A stretch of 64,000 nucleotides of DNA from Raillietiella orientalis. Taxonomy: Eukaryota. The first letter of the stretch is position 1. Every line of letters starts with the position of its first letter. Position numbers and translations under genes: made by a program. Shown here piece after piece: positions 13,197-25,100 of the stretch. Location of the stretch: assembly GCA_036172245.1 (NCBI GenBank), contig JAYWIR010000100.1, forward strand, positions 62,001 to 126,000. The letters are read 5' to 3'. Under the pieces are notes generated by a model. That model saw only the letters and a program-made list of their open reading frames with translations. It had not been told where the DNA came from and did not search any database.

Positions 13197-16100
13197 ATCA
13201 TCCTCTGAAATCAGGAAATTGGAAGTCCGTGAGCCTCTCCATGACATGAATTTGCCACTCACTGAAAATAGATGCTTCGTGAGGAGGAGCAAAATTGCAA
13301 TGGTGAAATCCCCTGATTTCGAATTGATTACAAAACCTGAAAAGTTGCAAATTACTACCATATTATGAAGCAGAACGGAGTATAAGATTCCTCTTCTAGG
13401 TAGGACACTGTTTACCATGAAGACAACACAGAGACCAAAGTAACACCCCCTAATCTGATTTCGAACACTTCTTAGTCATGCTCTGAAATCAGGAAAATTG
13501 AAGGCCGTGAGCCTCTCCATGACGGGAATTTGCACTCACTGAAAATGTTTGCTTAGTAAAAATACGCAAAAGTGCTATAGTAAAATCCCCTGATTTCCAA
13601 TTGTTTACAAACCATGAAAGTTTGCAAGTTTTTACCACATACTGAATTAGAGCGAAGGAAACAATTCCTCTTCTAGGTACTACACTGGTTACCATGAAAA
13701 CAACATAGAGACCAAAGTGCCACTATCAATGAAATGTTGAACTCTTCTTAATGAATCATGCTCTGAAATTAGGAAATTGGAAGGACTTGAGCCTCTCCAT
13801 GACGCGAATTTGCCACTAACTGGAAATAGATGCTTCGTGAAGAGGTGCAAAACTGCCATGGAGAAATCCCCTGATTTCGAATTGATCACCAAGCCTGAAA
13901 GGTTGCAAATTATTGCCACATCTTGAATCAGAGCGAAGTATAAGATTGCTCTTCTAGGAACGACAGTGGTTACCATGAAGTCAACACAGAGACTAAAGTA
14001 ACACCCCATAATCTGATTTCGAACACTTCTTAGTCATGCTTTGAAATCAGGAAAATGGAAGGCCGTGAGCCTCTCCATGACGGGAATTTGCCACTCACTG
14101 AAAATGTTTGCTTAGTAAAAAGGCGTAAAAGTGCTATAGTAATATCCCCTGATTTCAAATTGGTCACAAACCATGAAAGTTTGCAAATTTTTACCACATA
14201 CTGAATTAGAGCGAAGGAAACAATTCCTCTTCTAGGTACGACACTGCATACCATGAAAACAACAAAGAGACCAAAGTGCCAAACCCTAACCTAATTTCGA
14301 ACTCTTCTTAGTCATCCTCTGAAATCAGGAAATTGGAAGGCCGTGAGCCTCTCCATGACATGAATTGGCCACTCACTGCAAATTGATGCATCGTGAAGAG
14401 GAGCAAAACTGCAATGGTGAAATCCCCTGATTTCGAATTGATTACAAAGCCTGTAAAATAGCAAATTTTTACCACATCATGGATCAGAGCGTACGAAAAT
14501 ATTCCTCTTCTAGGTACGACACTGCTTACCATGAAAACAACACAGAGACCAAAGTGCCGCGCCCTAACCTAATTTCGAACTCTTCTTACTCATGCTCTGA
14601 AATCAGGAAATTGGAAGGCCGTGAGCCTCTCCATGACATGAATTGGCCACTCACTGCAAATTGATGCATCGTGAAGAGGAGCAAAACTGCAATGGTGAAA
14701 TCCCCTGATTTCGAATTGATTACAAAGCCTGTAAGGTAGCAAATTTTTACCACATCATAAATCAGAGCGAACGAAAATATTCCTCTTCTAGGTACGACAC
14801 TGCTTACCATGAAAACAACACAGAGACCAAAGTGCCACCCCCTAATCTAATTTCGAACACTTCTTAATCATCCGCTGTAATCAGGAAATTGGAAGGCCTT
14901 GAGGCTTTCGATGACGGAAATTTGCCACTCACTGCAAATGTATGCTTAGTGAAAAGGCGCAAAAGTGCTATAGTAAAATCCCCTCATTTCCAATTGGTTT
15001 CAAACCTTGAAAGTTTGCAAATTTTTACCACATACTGAAGTAGAGCGAAGGAAAAAATTCCTCTTCTACGTACGACACTGGTTACTATGAAAACAACAGA
15101 TAGACAAAAGTGCCACGCCCTAATCTTATTTCGAACACTTCATAAACATGCTCTGAAATCGGGAAATTGGTAGGCCTTTAGACTCTCCATGACGGGAATT
15201 TGGCACTTACTGCAAATGGATGCTTACTGAAAAGGGTCAATATTGCAACAGTTATATCCCCTGATTTCCAATTGTTTTCAAAGCCTGAAAGGATGCAAAT
15301 TTCTACCACATCATGAATCAGAGCGAAGTATAAGATTCCTCTTCTAGGGACGACACTGCTTACCATGAAAACAACACAGAGACTAAAGTGCCACGCCCTA
15401 ACCTATTTTCGACCTCTTCTTGGTCATCCTCTCAAATCAGGAAAATGGAAGGCCGTGAGCCTCTCCATGACATGAATTTGCCACTCACTGCAAATAGATG
15501 CTTCGTGAAGAGGAGCAAAATTGCAATGGTGAAATCGCCTGATTTCGAATTGATTACAAAACCTGAAAAGTTGCAAATTACTACCATATTATGAAGCAGA
15601 ACGAAGTATAAGATTCCTCTTCTAGTTAGGACACTGTTTACCATGAAGACAACACAGAGACCAAAGAAACACCCCCTAATCTGATTTCGAACACTTCTTA
15701 GTCATGCTCTGAAATCAGGAAAATGGAAGGCCGTGAGCCTCTCCATGACGGGAATTTGCACTCACTGAAAATGTTTGCTTAGTAAAAAGGCGCAAAAGTG
15801 CTATAGTACAATCCCCTGATTTCCAATTGTTTACAAACCATGAAAGTTTGCAAGTTTTTACCACATACTGAATTAGAGCGAAGGAAACAATTCCTCTTCT
15901 AGGTACTACACTGGTTACCATGAATACAACATAGAGACCAAAGTGCCACGGCCTAATGAAATTTCGAACTCTTCTTAATCATGCTCTGAAATTAGGAAAT
16001 TGGAAGGACTTGAGCCTCTCCATGACGCGAATTTGCCACTCACTGGAAATAGATGCTTCGTGAAGAGGTGCAAAACTGCCATGGAGAAATCCCCTGATTT

Positions 16101-19100
16101 CGAATTGATCACCAAGCCTGAAAGGTTGCAAATTTTTGCCACATATTGAATCAGAGCGAAGTATAAAATTCCTCTTCTAGGAACGACAGTGGTTACCATG
16201 AAGACAACACAGAGACCAAAGTAACACCCCCTAATCTGATATCGAACACTTCTTATTCATGCTCTGAAATCAGGAAAATGGAAGGCCGTGAGCCTCTCCA
16301 TGACGGGAATTTGCCACTCACTGAAAATGTTTGCTTAGTAAAAAGGCGTAAAAGTGCTATAGTAAAATCCCCTGATTTCCAATTGGTTACAAACCCTGAA
16401 AGTTTGCAAATTTTTATCACATACTGAAGTAGAGCGAAGGAAAAAATTCCTCTTCTACGTACGACACTGGTTACTATGAAAACAACAGATAGACAAAAGT
16501 GCCACGCCCTAATCTTCTTTCGAACACTTCATAATCATGCTCTGAAATCGGGAAATTGGTAGGCCTTAAGACTCTCCATGACGGGAATTTGGAACTTACT
16601 GCAAATGGATGCTTACTGAAAAGGGTCAATATTGCAACAGTTATATCCCCTGATTTCCAATTGTTTACATAGCCTGAAAGGATGCAAATTTCTACCACAT
16701 CATGAATCAGAGCGAAGTATAAGATTCCCCTTCTAGGTAGAACACTGTTTACCATGAAGACAACACAGAGACCAAAGTAACACCCCCTAATCTGATTTCG
16801 AACACTTATTAGTGATGCTCTGAAATCAGGAAAATGGAAGGCCGTGAGCCACTCCATGACGGGAATTTGCCACTCACTGAAAATGTTTGCTTAGTAAAAA
16901 GGCGTAAAAGTGCTATAGTAAAATCCCCTGATTTCCAATTGGTTACAAACCATGAAAGTTTGCAAATTTTTACCACATACTGACTTAGAGCGAAGGAAAC
17001 AATTCCTCTTCTAGGTACGACACTGCTTACCATGAAAACAACACAGAGACCAAAGTGCCACGCCCTAACCTAATTTCGAACTCTTCTTAGTCATCCTCTG
17101 AAATCAGGAAATTGGAATGCCGTGAGGCTCTCCATGACATGAATTGGCCACTCACTGCAAATTGATGCATCGTGAAGAGGAGCAAAACTTCAATGGTGAA
17201 ATCCCCTGATTTCGAATTGATTACAAAGCCTGTAAGGTAGCAAATTTTTACCACATCATGGATCAGAGCGAACGAAAATATTCCTCTTCTAGGTACGACA
17301 CTGCTTACCATGAAAACAACACAGAGACCAAAGTGCCACGCCCTAACCTAATTTCGAACTCTTCTTAGTCATCCTCTGAAATCAGGAAATTGGAAGGCCG
17401 TGAGCCTCTCCATGACATGAATTGACCACTCACTGCAAATTGATGCATCGTGAAGAGGAGCAAAACTGCAATGGTGGAATCCCCTGATTTCGAATTGATT
17501 ACAAAGCGTGTAAGGTAGCAAATTTTTACCACATCATGGATCAGAGCGAACGAAAATATTCCTCTTCTAGGTACGACACTGCTTACCATGAAAACAACAC
17601 AGAGACCAAAGTGCCACCATCTAATCTAATTTCGAACACTTCTTAATCATCCGTAATCAGGAAATTGGAAGGCCTTGAGGCTGGATGACGGAAATTTGCC
17701 AATGCTGCAAATGTATGCTTAGAAAAGGCGCAAAAGTGCTATAGTAAAATCCCCTCATTTCCAATTGGTTACAAACCCTGAAAGTTTGCAGATTTTTACC
17801 ACATACTGAAGTAGAGCGAAGGAAAAAATTCCTCTTCTACGTACGACACTGGTTACTATGAAAACAACAGATAGACAAAAGTGCCACGCCCTAATCTAAT
17901 TTCGAACACTTCATAATCATGCTCTGAAATCGGTAAATTGGTAGGCCTTTAGACTCTCCATGACGGGAATTTGGCACTTACTGCAAATGGATGCTTACTG
18001 AAAAGGGTCAATATTGCAACAGTTATATCCCCTGATTTCCAATTGTTTACAAAGCCTGAAAGGATGCAAATTTCTACCACATCATGAATCAGAGCGAAGT
18101 ATAAGATTCCTATTCTAGGGACGACACTGCTTACCATGAAAACAACACAGAGACTAAAGTGCCACGCCCTAACCTATTTTCGACCTCTTCTTAGTCATCC
18201 TCTTAAATCAGGAAAATGGAAGGCCGTGAGCCTCTCCATGACATGAATTTGCCACTCACTGAAAATAGATGCTTCGTGAGGAGGAGCAAAATTGCAATGG
18301 TGAAATCCCCTGATTTCGAATTGATTACAAAACCTGAAAAGTTGCAAATTACTACCATATTATGAAGCAGAACGAAGTATAAGATTCCTCTTCTAGGTAG
18401 AACACTGTTTACCATGAAGACAACACAGAGACCAAAGTAACACCCCCTAATCTGATTTCGAACACTTCTTAGTCATGCTCTGAAATCAGGAAAATGGAAG
18501 GCCGTGAGCCTCTCCATGACGGGAATTTGCACTCACTGAAAATGTTTTCTTAGTAAAAAGGCGCAAAAGTGCTATAGTAAAATACCCTGATTTCCAATTG
18601 TTTACAAACCATGAAAGTTTGCAAGTTTTTACCACATACTGAATTAGAGCGAAGGAAACAATTCCTCTTCTAGGTACTACACTGGTTACCATGAAAACAA
18701 CATAGAGACCAAAGTTCCACGGCCTAATGAAATTTCGAACTCTTCTTAATCATGCTCTGAAATTAGGAATTTGGAAGGACTTGAGCCTCTGCATGACGCG
18801 AATTTGCCACTCACTGGAAATAGATGCTTCGTGAAGAGGTGCAAAACTGCCATGGAGAAATCCCCTGATTTCGAATTGATCACCAAGCCTGAAAGGTTGC
18901 AAATTTTGCCACATCTGAATCAAGGGTTATAAGATTCTCTTCTAGGAACGACAGTGGTTACCAAGAAGACAACACCAGAGACCGTGCTAACACCCCCAAT
19001 CTGATTTCGAACATCTTAGTCATGCTTTGAACTCAGGAAATGGAAGGCCGTGAGCCTCTCCATGACGGGAATTTGCCTCTCACTGGAAATGGATGTTTAG

Positions 19101-22100
19101 TGAAGAGCCGCAAAAGTGCAAGAGCAAAATCCCCTGATTTCCAATTAATTACAAAACTTGAAAATTTGCAAATTTCTACCACATAATCAATCAGAGGGAA
19201 GGAAAAGATTCCTCTTCTAGGTACGACACTGTTTACCCTGAAAACAACACAGAGTCCAAAGTGCCACATCCTAATGAAATTTCCAACTCTTCATCATCAT
19301 CCTCTGAAATGAGGAAATTGGAAGGCATTTAGCCAGTCCATGACGCGAATATGCCACTCATTGCAAATAGATCCTTCGTGAAGAGGAGCAAACCTGGAAT
19401 GGTGAAATCCCCTGTTTTCGAATTGATCAGAAAACCTGAAAACTTGCAAATTTCTTCCACATAATGAATCAGAGCTAAGAAAAAGATTCCTTTTCTAGGT
19501 ACGACACTGCTTACCATGAAAACAACAGAGAGATCAAAGTGCCACGGCCTAATCTAATTTCGAACTTTCTTAGTCATGCTCTGAAATCAGGAAATTGAAG
19601 GCCGTGAGCCTCTCCATGACATGAATTGGCCACTCACTGCAAATTGATGCATCGTGAAGAGGAGCAAAACTGCAATGGTGAAATCCCCTGATTTCGAATT
19701 GATTACAAAGCCTGTAAGGTAGCAAATTTTTACCACATCATGGATCAGAGCGAACGAAAATATTCCTCTTCTAGGTACGACACTGCTTACCATGAAAACC
19801 ATGAAACAACACAGAGACCAAAGTGCCACCCCCTAATCTAATTTCGAACACTTCTTAATCATCCGCTGTAATCAGGAAATTGGAAGGCCTTGAGGCTTTC
19901 GATGACGGAAATTTGCCACTCACTGCAAATGTATGCTTAGTGAAAAGGCGCAAAAGTGCTATAGTAAAATCCCCTCATTTCCAATTGGTTACAAACCCTG
20001 AAAGTTTGCAAATTTTTACCACATACTGAAGTAGAGCGAAGGAAAAAATTCCTCTTCTACGTACGACACTGGTTACTATGAAAACAACAGATAGACAAAA
20101 GTGCCACGCCCTAATCTAATTTCGAACACTTCATAATCATGCTCTGAAATCGGGAAATTGGTAGGCCTTTAGACTCTCCATGACGGGAATTTGGCACTTA
20201 CTGCAAATGGATGCTTACTGAAAAGGGTCAATATTGCAACAGTTATATCCCCTGATTTTCAATTGTTTACAAAGCCTGAAAGGATGCAAATTTCTACCAC
20301 ATCATGAATCAGAGCGAAGTATAAGATTCCTCTTCCAGGGACGACACTGCTTACCATGAAAACAACACAGAGACTAAAGTGCCACGCCCTAACCTATTTT
20401 CGACCTCTTCTTAGTCATCCTCTCAAATCAGGAAAATGGAAGGCCGTGAGCCTCTCCATGACATGAATTTGCCACTCACTGCAAATAGATGCTTCGTGAA
20501 GAGGAGCAAAATTGCAATGGTGAAATCCCCTGATTTCGAATTGATTACAAAACCTGGAAAGTTGCAAATTACTACCATATTATGAAGCAGAACGAAGTAT
20601 AAGATTCCTCTTCTAGTTAGGACACTGTTTACCATGAAGACAACACAGAGACCAAAGTAACACCCCCTAATCTGATTTCGAACACTTCTTAGTCATGCTC
20701 TGAAATCAGGAAAATGGAAGGCCGTGAGCCTCTCCATGACGGGAATTTGCACTCACTGAAAATGTTTGCTTAGTAAAAAGGCGCAAAAGTGCTATAGTAA
20801 AATCCCCTGATTTCCAATTGTTTACAAACCATGAAAGTTTGCAAGTTTTTACCACATACTGAATTAGAGCGAAGGAAACAATTCCTCTTCTAGGTACTAC
20901 ACTGGTTACCATGAAAACAACACAGAGACCAAAGTGCCACGGCCTAATGAAATTTCGAACTCTTCTTAATCATGCTCTGAAATTAGGAAATTGGAAGGAC
21001 TTGAGCCTCTCCATGACGCGAATTTGCCACTCACTGGAAATAGATGCTTCGTGAAGAGGTGCAAAACTGCCATGGAGAAATCCCCTGATTTCGAATTGAT
21101 CACCAAGCCTGAAAGGTTGCAAATTTTTGCCACATCTTGAATCAGAGCGAAGTATAAGATTCCTCTTCTAGGAACGACAGTGGTTACCATGAAGACAACA
21201 CAGAGACCAAAGTAACACCCCCTAATCTGATTTCGAACACTTCTTAGTCATGCTCTGAAATCAGGAAAATGGAAGGCCGTGAGCCTCTCCATGACGGGAA
21301 TTTGCCACTCACTGAAAATGTTTGCTTAGTAAAAAGGCGTAAAAGTGCTATAGTAAAATCCCCTGATTTCCAATTGGTTACAAACCCTGAAAGTTTGCAA
21401 ATTTTTACCACATACTGAAGTAGAGCGAAGGAAAAAATTCCTCTTCTACGTACGACACTGGTTACTATGAAAACAACAGATAGACAAAAGTGCCACGCCC
21501 TAATCTAATTTCGAACACTTCATAATCATGCTCTGAAATCGGGAAATTGGTAGGCCTTTAGACTCTCCATGACGGGAATTTGGCACTTACTGCAAATGGA
21601 TGCTTACTGAAAAGGGTCAATATTGCAACAGTTATATCCCCTGATTTCCAATTGTTTACAAAGCCTGAAAGGATGCAAATTTCTACCACATCATGAATCA
21701 GAGCGAAGTATAAGATTCCTCTTCTAGGTAGAACACTGTTTACCATGAAGACAACACAGAGACCAAAGTAACACCCCCTAATCTGATTTCGAACACTTCT
21801 TAGTCATGCTCTGAAATCAGGAAAATGGAAGGCCGTGAGCCTCTCCATGACGGGAATTTGCCACTCACTGAAAATGTTTGCTTAGTAAAAAGGCGTAAAA
21901 GTGCTATAGTAAAATCCCCTGATTTCCAATTGGTTACAAACCATGAAAGTTTGCAAATTTTTACCACATACTGAATTAGAGCGAAGGAAACAATTCCTCT
22001 TCTAGGTACGACACTGCTTACCATGAAAACAACACAGAGACCAAAGTGCCACGCCCTAACCTAATTTCGAACTCTTCTTAGTCATCCTCTGAAATCAGGA

Positions 22101-25100
22101 AATTGGAAGGCCGTGAGCCTCTCCATGACATGAATTGGCCACTCACTGCAAATTGATGCATCGTGAAGAGGAGCAAAACTGCAATGGTGAAATCCCCTGA
22201 TTTCGAATTGATTACAAAGCCTGTAAGGTAGCAAATTTTTACCACATCATGGATCAGAGCGAACGAAAATATTCCTCTTCTAGGTACGACACTGCTTACC
22301 ATGAAAACAACACAGAGACCAAAGTGCCACCCCCTAATCTAATTTCGAACACTTCTTAATCATCCGCTGTAATCAGGAAATTGGAAGGCCTTGAGGCTTT
22401 CGATGACGGAAATTTGCCACTCACTGCAAATGTATGCTTAGTGAAAAGGCGCAAAAGTGCTATAGTAAAATCCCCTGATTTCCAATTGTTTACAAACCAT
22501 GAAAGTTTGCAAGTTTTTACCACATACTGAATTAGAGCGAAGGAAACAATTCCTCTTCTAGGTACTACACTGGTTACCATGAAAACAACATAGAGACCAA
22601 AGTGCCACGTCCTAATGAAATTTCGAACTCTTCTTAATCATGCTCTGAAATTAGGAAATTGGAAGGACTTGAGACTCTCCATGACGCGAATTTGCCACTC
22701 ACTGGAAATAGATGCTTCGTGAAGAGGTGCAAAACTGCCATGGAGAAATCCCCTGATTTCGAATTGATCACCAAGCCTGAAAGGTTGCAAATTTTTGCCA
22801 CATCTTGAATCAGAGCGAAGTATAAGATTCCTCTTCTAGGAACGACAGTGGTTACCATGAAGACAACACAGAGACCAAAGTAACACCCCCTAATCTGATT
22901 TCGAACACTTCTTAGTCATGCTCTGAAATCAGGAAAATGGAAGGCCGTGAGCCTCTCCATGACGGGAATTTGCCACTCACTGAAAATGTTTGCTTAGTAA
23001 AAAGGCGTAAAAGTGCTATAGTAAAATCCCCTGATTTCCAATTGGTTACAAACCATGAAAGTTTGCAAATTTTTACCACATACTGAATTAGAGCGAAGGA
23101 AACAATTCCTCTTCTAGGTACGACACTGCTTACCATGAAAACAACACAGAGACCAAAGTGCCACGCCCTAACCTAATTTCGAACTCTTCTTAGTCATCCT
23201 CTGAAATCAGGAAATTGGAAGGCCGTGAGCCTCTCCATGACATGAATTGGCCACTCACTGCAAATTGATGCATCGTGAAGAGGAGCAAAACTGCAATGGT
23301 GAAATCCCCTGATTTCGAATTGATTACAAAGCCTGTAAGGTAGCAGATTTTTACCACATCATGGATCAGAGCGTACGAAAATATTCCTCTTCTAGGTACG
23401 ACACTTCTTACCATGAAAACAACACAGAGACCAAAGTGCCACGCCCTAACCTAATTTCGAACTCTTCTTAGTCATCCTCTTAAATCAGGAAATTGGAAGG
23501 CCGTGAGCCTCTCCATGACATGAATTGGCCACTCACTGCAAATTGATGCATCGTGAAGAGGGGCAAAACTGCAATGGTGAAATCCCCTGATTTCGAATTG
23601 ATTACAAAGCCTGTAAGGTAGCAGATTTTTACCACATCATGGATCAGAGCGTACGAAAATATTCCTCTTCTAGGTACGACACTGCTTACCATGAAAACAA
23701 CACAGAGACCAAAGTGCCACGCCCTAACCTAATTTCGAACTCTTCTTAGTCATCCTCTGAAATCAGGAAATTGGAAGGCCGTGAGCCTCTCCATGACATG
23801 AATTGGCCACTCACTGCAAATTGATGCATCGTGAAGAGGAGCAAAACTGCAATGGTGAAATCCCCTGATTTCGAATTGATTACAAAGCCTGTAAGGTAGC
23901 AAATTTTTACCACATCATGGATCAGAGCGAACGAAAATATTCCTCTTCTAGGTACGACACTGCTTACCATGAAAACAACACAGAGACCAAAGTACCACCC
24001 CCTAATCAAATTTCGAACACTTCTCAATCATCCTCTGAAATCAGGAAAATGGAAGGCCGTGAGCCTCTCGATGACATGAATTTGCCACTCACTGCAAATA
24101 GATGCTTCGTGAAGAGGAGCAAAATTGCAATGGTGAAATCCCCTGATTTCGAATTGATTACAAAACCTGAAAAGTTGCAAATTACTACCATATTATGAAG
24201 CAGAACGAAGTATAAGATTCCTCTTCTAGTTAGCACACTGTTTCCCATGAAGACAATACAGAGACCAAAGTAACACCCCCTAATCTGATTTCGAACACTT
24301 CTTAGTCATGCTCTGAAATCAAAAAAATGGAAGGCCGTGAGCCTCTCCATGACGGGAATTTGCACTCACTGAAAATGTTTGCTTAGTAAAAAGGCGCAAA
24401 AGTGCTATAGTAAAATCCCCTGATTTCCAATTGTTTACAAACCATGAAAGTTTGCAAGTTTTTACCACATACTGAATTAGAGCGAAGGAAACAATTCCTC
24501 TTCTAGGTACTACACTGGTTACCATGAAAACAACACAGAGTCCAAAGTGCCACGGCCTAATGAAATTTCGAACTCTTCTTAATCATGCTCTGAAATTAGG
24601 AAATTGATAGGACTTGAGCCTCTCCATGACGCGAATTTGCCACTCACTGGAAATAGATGCTTCGTGAAGAGGTGCAAAACTGTTATGGAGAAATCCCCTG
24701 ATTTCGAATTGATCGCCAAGCCTGAAAGGTTGCAAATTTTTGCCACATCTTGAATCAGAGCGAAGTATAAGATTCCTCTTCTAGGAACGACAGTGGTTAC
24801 CATGAAGACAACACAGAGACCAAAGTAACACCCCCTAATCTGATTTCGAACACTTCTTAGTCATGCTCTGAAATCAGGAAAATGGAAGGCCGTGAGCCTC
24901 TCCATGACGGGAATTTGCCACTCACTGAAAATGTTTGCTGTAAAAAGGCGTAAAAGTGCTATAGTAAAATCCCCTGATTTCCAATTGGTTACAAACCCTG
25001 AAAGTTTGCAAATTTTTACCACATACTGAAGTAGAGCGAAGGAAAAAATTCCTCTTCTACGTACGACACTGGTTACTATGAAAACAACAGATAGACAAAA

